From an uncultured Bacilli bacterium (lineage in GTDB: Bacteria; Bacillota_I; Bacilli_A; RF39; UBA660): 64,000 bases of DNA. Position 1 is the stretch's first letter; every line of letters starts with the position of its first letter. The stretch spans positions 65,137 through 129,136 of the forward strand of contig CAKPLN010000003.1 in assembly GCA_934167665.1 (NCBI GenBank), read 5' to 3'. Both the position numbers and the translations under genes were made by a program. Positions 1 through 10,333 of this stretch are shown piece after piece. The notes below the pieces were generated by a model. The model did no database searches, was not told the DNA's origin, and was given only the letters and a program-made list of their open reading frames with translations.

Positions 1-429
1 GAACAGTTAGCAGCTATTTTTGAAGAAACAGCTAACAATGAGAAAGAACATGCTAAGTTATGGTTTAAAGAATTGCATGGCGGTCAAATACCATCAACTA
101 CAGATAACTTAAAAGATGCCGCTGCTGGTGAAAATTACGAATGGACAGAAATGTATAAAGAATTTGCTAAAACAGCTAAAGAAGAAGGTTTTGAACGTCT
201 AGCTTACTTATTTGAAAAAGTAGGAGAAATAGAAAAAGAACATGAAGAAAGATATTTAAGATTATTACAAAATATTGAAGATGATCGTATCTTCAAAAAA
301 GATGGTAATAAGATTTGGATATGCCGTAACTGTGGTTATGTTTATGAAGGAACAGAAGCTTTAGATGTTTGCCCAGTATGTGCTCATCCTCAAAGCTTTA
401 TGGAAGTAAAAGCTGATAATTATATGTAA
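1..429 (+). CDS. rbr: rubrerythrin, C-terminal part (5' end outside window)
   Basis: Frame is open from nt 1. Ferritin-like ExxH motifs ([16 protein letters not shown]) and C-terminal rubredoxin-like CRNCGY...CPVCAHP. TAA stop at 427-429. Confidence 0.8.
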   Translation, partial: EQLAAIFEETANNEKEHAKLWFKELHGGQIPSTTDNLKDAAAGENYEWTEMYKEFAKTAKEEGFERLAYLFEKVGEIEKEHEERYLRLLQNIEDDRIFKKDGNKIWICRNCGYVYEGTEALDVCPVCAHPQSFMEVKADNYM

Positions 430-454
430 AATAATAAGTACATAGCAAAATAAA

Positions 455-488
455 AATAATTGCTTTAACCAAAACAATTATTTTTTTT
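455..488. terminator. bidirectional rho-independent terminator
   Basis: AATAATTG/CAATTATT 8-bp stem followed by a T8 run, between convergent genes. Confidence 0.5.
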
Positions 489-866
489 CTAACTAAAAGC
501 AAGTTCTGTACTAAGATTTTCATCATATATCGCAATAAAAAGTAAAATAGCACCTGATATTAATATAAGCGTTGAAGCTGTAAAACTAGCTTTATTAAAA
601 AATCTCTTATCATAAGAATCACTACTAGAAAGATTCTTAATATCATTATAACTATCATTAAAAAAATAAATATAAATAATCAAAGCTATTAAAAAGATTA
701 ATATATTTATTTTTCTATACTTTTCTTTAGCTTCTAAATCATTATTAATATAATATTTTCTTTCTACCGAATTACTATAAAAAGAAAGACCTATTATCAG
801 TAAGTAAATAAGCCAAATGTCTTCTTCTACTTTTAACTTTTTTAAAATCTTTCTTTTCTCATTCAT
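489..866 (-). CDS. small 3-TM membrane protein (paralog of 1259..1618)
   Basis: ORF with hydrophobic segments. Clear similarity to the 1259..1618 product: the EDIWLIYLLIIG/ENYIWVIYIGIA and IIYIYFFN/IIYIYFLN motifs. Confidence 0.5.
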   Translation of the reverse strand: MNEKRKILKKLKVEEDIWLIYLLIIGLSFYSNSVERKYYINNDLEAKEKYRKINILIFLIALIIYIYFFNDSYNDIKNLSSSDSYDKRFFNKASFTASTLILISGAILLFIAIYDENLSTELAFS

Positions 867-955
867 ATTAAATTATATGATTTTAAAAAGCTATTACTAC
901 TAGTAAACAAATAATAATAAAAATATTTGCATATATAAGAATAAGGTGACTCATT

Positions 956-1276
956 ATGAATTTTATCCCAAATGTCCCACCCAAAGTATTTTCCTTAAGT
1001 GCTATCGCTGTAGGGTATCTTTTAATTGATGATTTAACAGCTAATGAACAGAATGCTCTAGGCAATTGGTTAATGTTAACAGCTCAAGTTATATGTACTA
1101 ATGCCTTCTATAAACAAGTAGAACAAGAAAGAAATCCTAATAGTCAAAATAATAATTCAAGTAATAATCAAAGTAATAATACTACTAATGAACAAGCTGA
1201 AATAGAAATGCTTAAAAAGATGGTTAAAGCCCTAAATCAGGAAATTGAAAATTTAAAATCAAATATTAGAAACTGA
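956..1276 (+). CDS. hypothetical protein (N-terminal TM helix, N/Q-rich linker, coiled-coil tail)
   Basis: AAGGTGA RBS 7 nt upstream of the ATG. Low-complexity N/S/Q run. Confidence 0.35.
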   Translation: MNFIPNVPPKVFSLSAIAVGYLLIDDLTANEQNALGNWLMLTAQVICTNAFYKQVEQERNPNSQNNNSSNNQSNNTTNEQAEIEMLKKMVKALNQEIENLKSNIRN

Positions 1277-1618
1277 GTCCACCTCATTTTTAGTTTTTAG
1301 TTGAAAATATAAAAAACACAAAGTACCAGTAAGAACCAAAATACTACCTAATAATCTAATCTTATATTCCTCTTTATCATAATGCTTCTTCCAATCTTTA
1401 TAATTTTTATTAAGAAAATAAATATAAATAATAATCGTTATTATTAAAACTCCTAAAAATATTTTCTTAGCTTTACTTTCTTCCTCTTTAGTGTTATTCT
1501 TAATAGCTTTTTTTAAGAGTTCATCAGCATAAATATTAAAAGCGGCAATTCCTATATAAATAACCCAAATATAGTTTTCTAAAGTAAGAGTTTTAATTAG
1601 TTCATCTTTTTCCTTCAT
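1259..1618 (-). CDS. small 3-TM membrane protein (paralog of 489..866)
   Basis: ORF. Paralogy to 489..866. Confidence 0.5.
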   Translation of the reverse strand: MKEKDELIKTLTLENYIWVIYIGIAAFNIYADELLKKAIKNNTKEEESKAKKIFLGVLIITIIIYIYFLNKNYKDWKKHYDKEEYKIRLLGSILVLTGTLCFLYFQLKTKNEVDSVSNI

Positions 1619-1687
1619 ACTAAAAATATATGCATAATTTCTAATTAATTATCCCTTAAAAGTATGATATAATCTATAAGTATTGAG

Positions 1688-3241
1688 GTGAATCATATGA
1701 AAAAAGAACTACTCGCACCAGTTGGCTCTATGAAAGCCTTATATCAAGCTATCTTTAATGGTGCTGATGCGGTTTATTTAGGCTGTAAAAATTTTGGAGC
1801 TAGGAAGTTTGCGACTAACTTTACTAATTCTGAAATAGTTGCTGCTATTAAATTGTGTCATTTATATGGTGTAAAAATCTATGCTACTATGAATACTTTA
1901 ATTAGTGATGAGGAAGTTAATAGTTTTCTAGATCAAATTGCCTTTCTTCATGAAAATGGCATAGATGCTGTTATTGTCCAAGATTTTGGAATGATTTGTC
2001 TAATTCGTGAAAAATATCCCAATCTAGAAATTCATGCTTCTACACAAGCTAACACTTCAGCTCAAGAAACAGCTCAACTTTTTTATAATTTAGGAGTAAA
2101 AAGAGTTGTTTTTTCTAGGGAATTGTCATTAGAAGAAATAGAGTCAATAACTGTTCCAATTGAAAAAGAAGTTTTTGTACATGGCGCTTTATGTATTTGT
2201 TACTCTGGTTGTTGCCTTATGAGTAGTATGATAGGTAATAGAAGTGGTAATCGTGGTGAATGCACAGGTTGTTGTCGTCTACCTTATTCACTATCTCACA
2301 ATGCTAAAATAATAAGTACCAATAATTATCTTTTAAGTACTAAAGAACTAAACACTTCCTCAGTATTTAAAAAGTTATTAGAAAGTGATATTCTAAGTTT
2401 TAAAATAGAAGGACGTATGAAAAGTCCTGAATATGTGGGTTTCATTACTAACTTTTATCGTAACTTAATCGACCATAATGGTAATATTAATATTACTGAG
2501 TATAATGAAAAATTAAAAACAATATTCAATAGAGAATTTACAACAGGTCATCTTTTTGAAAATAAGCCTACTGATATTCTAAACATTAAAAGTCCTAATC
2601 ACATTGGTCTAGAAATAGGTGAAGTTATAGACATAACTAAAGATAAAATAAAATTAAAATTAACACACCCACTAAATCAACAAGACGGAATTCGTTTTTT
2701 AAAATCTCAAACAGGCTTTATTGTAAATTACTTATATGATGAAAAAGGTAAAATGACATCTTCCGCAACCGATATTTGCTACGTAGATAATAAAGTTAAC
2801 TTAAAAATAAAAGATAAAGTAGCAAAAACTCAGGACTATAAGTTATTAGAAAGCCTAAAATCATACCCTCTAAAGAAAATACCTATTACTATAACTGTCA
2901 CATCACTTATTAATAAGCCTTTTACTCTAAAGATAACTGATGGTATAGATACTGTTACAGTAGAAGGTAACTTAGTTGAAAAGGCAATTAATTCTCCAAC
3001 TACGATAGAAAGAATAAATGAACAACTTACTAAGTTAGGAGAAACTCCATTTACTTGTCAAAGTATAAATAATATATCAGATGATAATATATTTATACCT
3101 ATTAAAAGTTTAAATGACTTACGTCGTGAAGCTTCATCAAAACTAATATCTATTAGAGAAAATAAAAAAGTAAATGTCATCAGTCAAGAAGTTACCCTTG
3201 AAAAACTATTAAGTAGTAATAATACTAAAGGTATATCTTAA
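1688..3241 (+). CDS. U32 family peptidase (collagenase-like), N-terminal 517 codons ending at an in-frame TAA
   Basis: U32 signatures: YLGCKNFGARKFA, the E..HASTQ segment, and the Cys-rich CICYSGCCLMS. GAGGTG RBS. The frame continues after the TAA at 3239-3241. Confidence 0.75.
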   Translation: MNHMKKELLAPVGSMKALYQAIFNGADAVYLGCKNFGARKFATNFTNSEIVAAIKLCHLYGVKIYATMNTLISDEEVNSFLDQIAFLHENGIDAVIVQDFGMICLIREKYPNLEIHASTQANTSAQETAQLFYNLGVKRVVFSRELSLEEIESITVPIEKEVFVHGALCICYSGCCLMSSMIGNRSGNRGECTGCCRLPYSLSHNAKIISTNNYLLSTKELNTSSVFKKLLESDILSFKIEGRMKSPEYVGFITNFYRNLIDHNGNINITEYNEKLKTIFNREFTTGHLFENKPTDILNIKSPNHIGLEIGEVIDITKDKIKLKLTHPLNQQDGIRFLKSQTGFIVNYLYDEKGKMTSSATDICYVDNKVNLKIKDKVAKTQDYKLLESLKSYPLKKIPITITVTSLINKPFTLKITDGIDTVTVEGNLVEKAINSPTTIERINEQLTKLGETPFTCQSINNISDDNIFIPIKSLNDLRREASSKLISIRENKKVNVISQEVTLEKLLSSNNTKGIS

Positions 3242-3880
3242 AGTGTATATAACGAAGAACAATTAAAAGCTTGTCTTACTCTAAATTTAAATCGTATATA
3301 TACTTCTAATTTAGAACTATATAAAAAGTACCAAGATTTTCCTAACGTTTATTATAAAACTCCACGTTGTAAGAAAAATATTATCGAAAACTTAGCCTCA
3401 AAGAATTTAGTTTCTGACTACTTTGATTTTAAAAATAAAATAAATATAGGCGATTATGGTCTAAATGCCTATAATTCCTATACAGTGTATTACTTAACAA
3501 AACTAGGTCTAAAAAGTGTAACTTTATCAGTAGAATTATCATCTTTAAAAATTAATAATTTACTAACTAATTACCATAAACTATTTAACTCAACACCTAA
3601 TCTTGAAGTTTTAGTATATGGAAGAGTTGAAAATATGATCATTAAAGGTAATATTTTAAATATGAATAAAAATGATTATAAATATACTTTAATTGACAGT
3701 AAAGATCATATATTTCCAACTTATTTTGATGGAGAAAAGACCCATATTTTAAATTATACTAATACTATAATTGAACCAAATGAAATAATTAAACCTATTA
3801 CTTATCGCTTTGACTTTTATGATGAAACAGGTGCAGAAGTTAAAAGCATTATTAATAGGTACCTACAAAAAATCTATTAA
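3242..3880 (+). pseudogene. C-terminal continuation of the U32 peptidase in the same frame (DUF3656-like tail); split by a single TAA
   Basis: Same reading frame as 1688..3241 (both starts are congruent to 2 mod 3), open from 3242 to 3880. The first ATG is only at 3485. Confidence 0.5.
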
Positions 3881-3926
3881 AAGATAATAATATGTGTTAA
3901 AATAATTATATAAGAGGAGTGGTTAA

Positions 3927-4439
3927 ATGAAAGATATAGAAAAGACTCGTACTATAAGGAATTATATTTTATTACTTATAACATGTTTAATTACGGTTGC
4001 GATAACACTTTATTTTTGTAAATGTTATTATGTTTATAGTGATAGTATTAAAGAAACACCTGTTATTAGGGGAACCTTATCAGAAATAACTAGTGAAGAG
4101 TTAGACCATTATGTTAAGGAAAATGTTAATTGCGTAGTTTATGTATGTACTGCTAGTAATCCTAAATGTCGTAGTTTTGAAGAAAGTTTTATTAAACTAA
4201 TAAAAAAGAAAAATTTACAGGATTCTATAATTTACTTAAATATAAGTAATACTGATCAAGAAACATTTACTAAAACTTTTAATGAAAAGTATAATTATAA
4301 AGTAAAACTAACTACTAATTATCCAGCTATTATAATTTTTGAAGAATCAAATGTAAGTGCTCTTCTTCAAGAACAAGAAAATAATTTAACCATAACAAAA
4401 GCTAAACAATTTATTGAATTAAACAAAATAGGGGAGTAA
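3927..4439 (+). CDS. hypothetical membrane-anchored protein
   Basis: GAGGAG RBS, N-terminal TM helix, Cys residues. Confidence 0.35.
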   Translation: MKDIEKTRTIRNYILLLITCLITVAITLYFCKCYYVYSDSIKETPVIRGTLSEITSEELDHYVKENVNCVVYVCTASNPKCRSFEESFIKLIKKKNLQDSIIYLNISNTDQETFTKTFNEKYNYKVKLTTNYPAIIIFEESNVSALLQEQENNLTITKAKQFIELNKIGE

Positions 4440-4464
4440 GCTTCCCTTTAATGTAGGAGAAAAT

Positions 4465-4974
4465 ATGAATAATATCGTTTTATATGAACCAGAAATTCCT
4501 CAAAATACTGGTAATATCATGCGCACTTGTGTCGCAACAGGAACAAAATTACATTTAATAAAACCCCTAGGTTTTACTATAGATGATGCCCATTTAAAAA
4601 GATGTGGTGTTAATTATATTGATAAACTAGAATATACTATCTATGAAAATTTTTCTGATTTTAAAGAAAAAAATCCTGGAATCTATTATTATTTTACTCG
4701 TTATGGTCATAAACCTCATACGAGTTTTGATTATAGTAATCCTAAAGATGAAAATTTATATTTTATTTTTGGCAAAGAATCAACTGGTATTCCTAAAGAA
4801 ATATTACAGCAAGATTTAGATCATTGTATGCGTATTCCTATGACTAGCAATGTTCGTGCCTTGAATGTTTCCAATAGTGTCGCAATTGTAATATATGAGG
4901 CCCTTCGTCAACAAAACTACCGAGGTTTACTTTTTGAAGAACCTCATAAAGGCAAAGACTATCTAGAAAAGTAG
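4465..4974 (+). CDS. trmL: tRNA (cytidine34/U34-2'-O)-methyltransferase TrmL (SpoU/TrmH class)
   Basis: 169 aa with NTGNIMRTC...LHLI and the FGKESTGIP motif typical of TrmL/YibK. Confidence 0.75.
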   Translation: MNNIVLYEPEIPQNTGNIMRTCVATGTKLHLIKPLGFTIDDAHLKRCGVNYIDKLEYTIYENFSDFKEKNPGIYYYFTRYGHKPHTSFDYSNPKDENLYFIFGKESTGIPKEILQQDLDHCMRIPMTSNVRALNVSNSVAIVIYEALRQQNYRGLLFEEPHKGKDYLEK

Positions 4975-4984
4975 TGATGATAAT

Positions 4985-5806
4985 ATGATAACACAAGAAG
5001 AAATTGAAAGAAGTATTATAACCAAATTTCGTAAAACGATTTGGCGTCCCTTTACTAAAGCTGTTAGAGACTATGAGTTAATATCTGAAAATGATAAAAT
5101 TGCTGTTTGTATTTCTGGTGGTAAAGATTCCATGCTTCTTGCTAAATGCTTAGAAGAATTACAAAAACATGGTAAAACAAAATTTGAGTTAGTCTATCTT
5201 GTAATGGATCCTGGATACAATAAGGAAAATCGTGAAAAAATAATTTCTAATGCTAAAAAATTAGGTCTAGATATAAATATATTTAATTCAGATATCTTTA
5301 ACATAGTAAATACAAACTCCCCATCATCACCTTGTTACTTATGTGCTAGAATGCGTAGAGGCTTTCTTTATGCTAGAGCTCAAGAACTCGGCTGTAATAA
5401 AATTGCTTTAGGTCATCATTTTGATGATGCTATCGAAACAATTATGCTTTCAATATTTTATGGTGGTGAGTACAAAGGCATGATGCCTAAACTAAAAAGT
5501 ACCAACTTCGCTGGTATGGAACTAATAAGACCTCTTTATTTAGTAAGAGAAAGTTCTATAATAAATTGGGCTCAAAATAATGATCTACATTTCATTAACT
5601 GTGCTTGTCAATTTACCTCCAAAGAATCTAAAAAAGACTCTAAGCGTTTAGAAATGAAAAATCTAATTAAAAAGTTAGAAGCAACAAACAAAAATATTGC
5701 CTACAACATATTTAAATCCAGTGAAAATGTTAATATAGATACTGTTTTAGGAACAAAGATTAATAATGAAAAACACTCATTCTTAGAAAATTATAATAAA
5801 AATTAA
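4985..5806 (+). CDS. tRNA 2-thiocytidine biosynthesis TtcA-like PP-loop ATPase
   Basis: SGGKDS PP-loop and CxxC motifs (CYLCARMRR, CAC). About 270 aa. Confidence 0.7.
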   Translation: MITQEEIERSIITKFRKTIWRPFTKAVRDYELISENDKIAVCISGGKDSMLLAKCLEELQKHGKTKFELVYLVMDPGYNKENREKIISNAKKLGLDINIFNSDIFNIVNTNSPSSPCYLCARMRRGFLYARAQELGCNKIALGHHFDDAIETIMLSIFYGGEYKGMMPKLKSTNFAGMELIRPLYLVRESSIINWAQNNDLHFINCACQFTSKESKKDSKRLEMKNLIKKLEATNKNIAYNIFKSSENVNIDTVLGTKINNEKHSFLENYNKN

Positions 5807-5863
5807 TAATATTGCATAAAGAAAAGCTCCTTTCTTCATAATTAAGTTGAAAGGAGCTTTCTA

Positions 5864-6640
5864 ATGGCAAAATATAAAGTAGAAATAAGTGGTATAAATA
5901 CTAATGATATAGTAGTACTTTCTAATGAAGAAATGACAGAATTATTTAAAAGAGCACAAACAGGTGATGAGATAGCTCGTGATCTTTTAGTAAGTGGTAA
6001 TTTAAAATTAGTTTTATCAATATTAAGACAATTTACTAATAAATCTGATAATATGGATGATTTATTTCAAATTGGTTGTATTGGGCTCTTAAAAGCTATT
6101 GATAATTTTGATTTAAGTCATGAAGTAAAGTTTTCAACTTATGCTGTTCCTATGATAACAGGTGAGGTGAGACGTTATATTAGAGATAACAGTCAAGTAA
6201 GAATTAGCCGTTCAGTTAAAGATATAGCCTATAAATCATTAAAAATAAAAGAAGCCTATATTATGGAACATGGTCAAGAACCAAGCACAGAGTATATTGC
6301 CGAAAAGTTAAATATTACAGTAGGTGAAGTAATAATGGCCCTTGATTCCCTTAAAGAACCAGTAAGCATGTTTGAACCTATTTATAATGATGGTGGCGAT
6401 ACAATTTATTTAGCTGATCAAATTGAAGATAAAAAAACTAATAATGCTGAACTATCCAATAAAATAGCCATAGAAGAAGCTATTAACAATCTAGATCAAA
6501 GAGAAAAAGATATTCTTGATAAACACTACATAGTTGGTAAGACACAAATGGAAATAGCTAATGAATTAAATATTAGTCAAGCTCAAGTATCAAGATTAGA
6601 AAAAAGAGCCATTAAACAATTAAAAAAAGTATTGAAGTAG
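5864..6640 (+). CDS. sigG: sporulation sigma factor SigG
   Basis: VEISGINT N-terminus, sigma-70 regions 2-4, C-terminal HTH (QMEIANELNISQAQVSRLEKRA). Confidence 0.8.
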   Translation: MAKYKVEISGINTNDIVVLSNEEMTELFKRAQTGDEIARDLLVSGNLKLVLSILRQFTNKSDNMDDLFQIGCIGLLKAIDNFDLSHEVKFSTYAVPMITGEVRRYIRDNSQVRISRSVKDIAYKSLKIKEAYIMEHGQEPSTEYIAEKLNITVGEVIMALDSLKEPVSMFEPIYNDGGDTIYLADQIEDKKTNNAELSNKIAIEEAINNLDQREKDILDKHYIVGKTQMEIANELNISQAQVSRLEKRAIKQLKKVLK

Positions 6641-6685
6641 CATAAATAATCCCTCTAAAAATATAATTAACTAAAGGTGATAAGT

Positions 6686-6919
6686 ATGCGACTATCTGAT
6701 TTACAAACTAAAAATATTGTTAATATAAATGATGGTAAAAATATTGGTACCATTATAGATGCCAATATAACTGAAAATGGTACAGTAGAAACTTTAGTAA
6801 TTGAAGCTAATAAAAACTTTTTCTCTTTAAATAGAGAAAGTGATATTGAAGTAAAATGGCAAGATATAACCAAAATAGGTGAAGATGTAATCTTAGTAAA
6901 GCCAGGTTCCCATGAATAA
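6686..6919 (+). CDS. ymxH: YlmC/YmxH family sporulation protein (PRC-barrel)
   Basis: MRLSDLQTKNIVNINDGKNIGTI... signature. Conserved position directly after sigG. AAAGGTGA RBS. The track's GTG at 6677 is less likely the start. Confidence 0.7.
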   Translation: MRLSDLQTKNIVNINDGKNIGTIIDANITENGTVETLVIEANKNFFSLNRESDIEVKWQDITKIGEDVILVKPGSHE

Positions 6920-7628
6920 AATAAAACTTTTATTTTGGCTTATAATAGTCAATATAGTTTTTTCTTTTTTTTTGTTACAAATAATATCAAATGCTCTAAA
7001 TCCCATTCTTTCAAGTTATGTTAATATTGAAGCCAATCATTTTGCTAATAACATTGTAAGTTCAACTGTTAATGAAGTTATTGCTAAAAATAATGATTAT
7101 GACTTGTTTATTATAACTAAAAATAGTAAAGGAGAAATAGAAACTCTTGACTATAATACTCAAAAAGTAAATAAATTATTATTAGAAATAACTGATACCA
7201 TTCAAAAAGAATTAACTAACCTAGAGGAAGGTAAAATAGAAGATTTACAAATATCTAATAATTTTAAACTTAAAAACTTAACTAAAATTAAAAATGGTGT
7301 TTTATGTGAAGTGCCCATAGGGGCTTTAAATGGTGATACTCTTTTTGCTAATATGGGTCCTAACATTCCTATAAGATTATCATTTATTGGTCAAGTGCAA
7401 GCCAATCTTGAAACCAAAATATCTAGTTATGGTATTAATAATATAACTGTAGAAACTAATATATTAGTAGAAGTAGGAGAACAGATAACCATGCCAACCA
7501 CTTCTAAAAATTTTATTGTCGAAATTAAGGCACCTCTAACTATAAAGATTATTAAAGGTATAGTACCAGATTATTATTTTCAAGATATAAATAAAGAATC
7601 TGATTCAATATCTCTACCTCTGGAGTAG
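6912..7628 (+). CDS. sporulation protein YunB-like (putative)
   Basis: N-terminal TM helix, about 240 aa, position within a sporulation gene cluster. Confidence 0.4.
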   Translation: MNKIKLLFWLIIVNIVFSFFLLQIISNALNPILSSYVNIEANHFANNIVSSTVNEVIAKNNDYDLFIITKNSKGEIETLDYNTQKVNKLLLEITDTIQKELTNLEEGKIEDLQISNNFKLKNLTKIKNGVLCEVPIGALNGDTLFANMGPNIPIRLSFIGQVQANLETKISSYGINNITVETNILVEVGEQITMPTTSKNFIVEIKAPLTIKIIKGIVPDYYFQDINKESDSISLPLE

Positions 7629-7683
7629 AAAAATATGATATAATTAAACAAGAAAATATTAATAAAGTAAGGTGCAATAATAT

Positions 7684-7959
7684 ATGAAAATCATAGAACT
7701 AAATAATCAAAAATATGAAGTAGTTGAAAATGATAATTGTCTAGATATAGAATTATTAAAAGAAAAGGTAACTGATTATTTTAATAACTTTGATTATATC
7801 TTTGGAGATTATTCATACGATAAACTTAGATTGAAAGGTTTTAATAGCCCAACTAATAAAAAAGCTACTCCTATAAATAATATTAATAATTTAGAAGAGT
7901 ATAAAAAAGAATATTGTAGTTATGGTGCTAAAACATTTCTCTTGAAAAAAGTACAGTAA
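7684..7959 (+). CDS. YutD family protein (DUF1027)
   Basis: 91 aa with the DYIFGDYSYDKLRLKGF motif. Confidence 0.5.
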   Translation: MKIIELNNQKYEVVENDNCLDIELLKEKVTDYFNNFDYIFGDYSYDKLRLKGFNSPTNKKATPINNINNLEEYKKEYCSYGAKTFLLKKVQ

Positions 7960-8028
7960 AATGCTTGTAATTAAGTAAAAATATGTTAAAATGATAATAT
8001 ACGGATAATAAGGGAGGACTTAATATAT

Positions 8029-8304
8029 ATGATGGAAAATCAAACTAACAAAAAACTTATGTCAATTGTTGCTAGTGATGGCTCAATCGAAGAAGTTGAA
8101 GTTATTTTAGCTTTTGAGTTCAAAGATACTGGAAAAGAATATGTAGTTTATACAAAAAATGAAAAAGATGAAAATGAAAACATAACTGTATATGTTTCAA
8201 ATATAGAACGTTCAACTGGAGAACCTAAATTACTAGGTGTTGAAAGTGAAGAAGAATGGAATAGAATAAAAGACGTATTACGTGAATTATCCAAATCAGA
8301 ATAA
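8029..8304 (+). CDS. DUF1292 family protein
   Basis: About 90 aa, acidic, with the E..VEV.L.FEF pattern. Confidence 0.45.
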   Translation: MMENQTNKKLMSIVASDGSIEEVEVILAFEFKDTGKEYVVYTKNEKDENENITVYVSNIERSTGEPKLLGVESEEEWNRIKDVLRELSKSE

Positions 8305-8322
8305 CAGATAGGAGGTCTTAAC

Positions 8323-9399
8323 ATGACTGTATTAGAAAACACAGTATTATGTGATAACGGGTATGGGGAAGTACAAGGTATTAAATCACCCCAAAAAATA
8401 AAATTAAGAAGTGTTTCTTATGCTGGTATCATTGATAAGTATGCAAGCTTTACAAAGGAAGCAACAGCTATTAATGACAGCACAGTGTTAGTACCTTCTA
8501 CCAAAGAAGATGCTATAGTAATTGTAGACTTACCATTACTTAGAGCAATGCATGTTCAACATAAAGCTCTAAAAGTAAAGTCTACAATGTTTGATAATAT
8601 AAAAAGAAACGGCTTAAATGTTGAAAAACAACCTGAAGATACTGTTGAAGTTGTAGCAGAACAACCAGCTCCATTAGAAGATAGTGAAGAATTAGGTGCT
8701 GATTTCAAAGCTCTTCGTAATGGTGCCACAAGTGCTAAAATAGAAAAATATATGGCTTATGATCCACAAGATGAAGCTGTTGCTGTAAGTGAAGTAACAC
8801 AAGCTCCAGAAGTAGAAAATGAACCTGAAGCAATATCACCAGTTACAATAGAGCAAGAAAGTTCTAGACCAATTTCTAGAACAGTGCCACTAATTGCTCC
8901 TGAAAGAGTTGAAGTTAAAACAGAGGAATTAGGAAAAACAGAAGAAGTAGTAGCAGAAGAAGCTCCTCAAGAGGTATATCAAGAATCTGCTAAAGAGTCA
9001 GCTAGAGCAGCTTTAGCTAATCCTATGGAATTAACTGATATTCTAGATTTAAACAATATGGAATCATTAAGAGCTTATTTAGTACAAACAATGGAACTAA
9101 AGAAAGAAGCCGCAACTGCCAAACAACAAGAAGAAGCAGCTAGAGAAAGTGCAGCTCAAGCAGAAAGAGAAACAGAAGGTAGTAGAGACGCCTTAGCCAT
9201 GGCTACCGAAAGAGTAGTAGCTCTTCAAGAATCTCTAAAAGCTCAAGCAGAACAAAGCTATAATCAGACTAATATGTACATTAGTAGAAAAGCTGAACTC
9301 GAAGCTGAAAAGAGTGAAATAGATAAAACTCTTGGTGAAATGAATGATATGCTAGCCATGAGTAGTGAAGAAGAAACATCTAAAGAAAAAACAAAATAA
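8323..9399 (+). CDS. hypothetical acidic protein, Glu/Ala-rich coiled-coil C-terminus
   Basis: GGAGG RBS. Low-complexity E/A/K-rich C-terminus. Confidence 0.5.
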   Translation: MTVLENTVLCDNGYGEVQGIKSPQKIKLRSVSYAGIIDKYASFTKEATAINDSTVLVPSTKEDAIVIVDLPLLRAMHVQHKALKVKSTMFDNIKRNGLNVEKQPEDTVEVVAEQPAPLEDSEELGADFKALRNGATSAKIEKYMAYDPQDEAVAVSEVTQAPEVENEPEAISPVTIEQESSRPISRTVPLIAPERVEVKTEELGKTEEVVAEEAPQEVYQESAKESARAALANPMELTDILDLNNMESLRAYLVQTMELKKEAATAKQQEEAARESAAQAERETEGSRDALAMATERVVALQESLKAQAEQSYNQTNMYISRKAELEAEKSEIDKTLGEMNDMLAMSSEEETSKEKTK

Positions 9400-9405
9400 A
9401 TATAA

Positions 9406-9437
9406 AAAGAGAACAAAGTAATTTTCTCTTTTTTTTT
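9406..9437 (+). terminator. rho-independent terminator
   Basis: AGAGAA...TTCTCT stem followed by a T9 run. Confidence 0.55.
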
Positions 9438-9454
9438 ACATAAAATTAATTGAG

Positions 9455-10315
9455 TTGATGCTTATGCGAAATACAATTAGATATTATTACTTGTTTGATG
9501 ATATATACGTTAGTAAGATTAATTACACTAATTACATAAAATATAAAAATAAAATATATGTTTTTGTCGAAATATTAAATCAAGATATGGTCTTAGAAGC
9601 TTATCAATTAACAAAAGACTATCCAGAGTATGAAAAGATTATCGTTAATAAAGATAAAAGTATTTTTACTCCTTACAATAATAAAATATATGTCTTAATA
9701 GAAAAAAAACAAAGTAATGCCTTTCCACCATTACGAGAAGTATCTAGTACTACAAAACTCTTACTAGATAGAACTAATTGGAGTCTTCTTTGGTCTAAAA
9801 AAGTTGATTATTACGAATATCAATTTAAACATATAAAAGGTTTATATAAAAGTATTGATGAAAGCTTTGAATATTATATAGGTATGACAGAGTCTTCTAT
9901 TAGTTATATAAATTATAATATAGGAAAAACTAATTTAAAAAAATGTCTCTGTCGTAATAGAATGGTTGAAAAAGAGTATTATAATCCACTAAATATCGTA
10001 ATAGATCATCGCTCTAGAGACATAGGAGAAAGTCTTAAAACTATGTTTTGGAATAATAACTATAATACTCGTAAAATAAAAAACACTCTAAGTCAAATAG
10101 ATCTAACTCTTGAAAACTGTATGTTAATATATGCTAGACTATTATATCCAAGTTATTATTTTGATGCCTATGAAATGACAATAACTAATAGGACAGATGA
10201 GACTAATATTAAAAAAATAATTAGTAGAATCGAAGAATATGAGAAATTTGTAAGTGAAGTTTTTAGTATTTTACAGGGATTTAATAGAAATTTAGTTAAG
10301 ATAGAGTGGTTATAA
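9455..10315 (+). CDS. CotS/YutH-like spore-coat kinase-fold protein (putative)
   Basis: 286 aa, Tyr-rich. Lies upstream of a nifU (yutI-like) gene as in the Bacillus yut region. Start ambiguous (TTG 9455, ATG 9458 or 9464). Confidence 0.35.
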   Translation: MMLMRNTIRYYYLFDDIYVSKINYTNYIKYKNKIYVFVEILNQDMVLEAYQLTKDYPEYEKIIVNKDKSIFTPYNNKIYVLIEKKQSNAFPPLREVSSTTKLLLDRTNWSLLWSKKVDYYEYQFKHIKGLYKSIDESFEYYIGMTESSISYINYNIGKTNLKKCLCRNRMVEKEYYNPLNIVIDHRSRDIGESLKTMFWNNNYNTRKIKNTLSQIDLTLENCMLIYARLLYPSYYFDAYEMTITNRTDETNIKKIISRIEEYEKFVSEVFSILQGFNRNLVKIEWL

Positions 10316-10333
10316 AAAAAGATGAGTAAATTC

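Noticed and set aside
6667-6873. Minus-strand ORF antisense to ymxH
   Set aside because: Overlaps a conserved sporulation gene on the other strand; no independent support.
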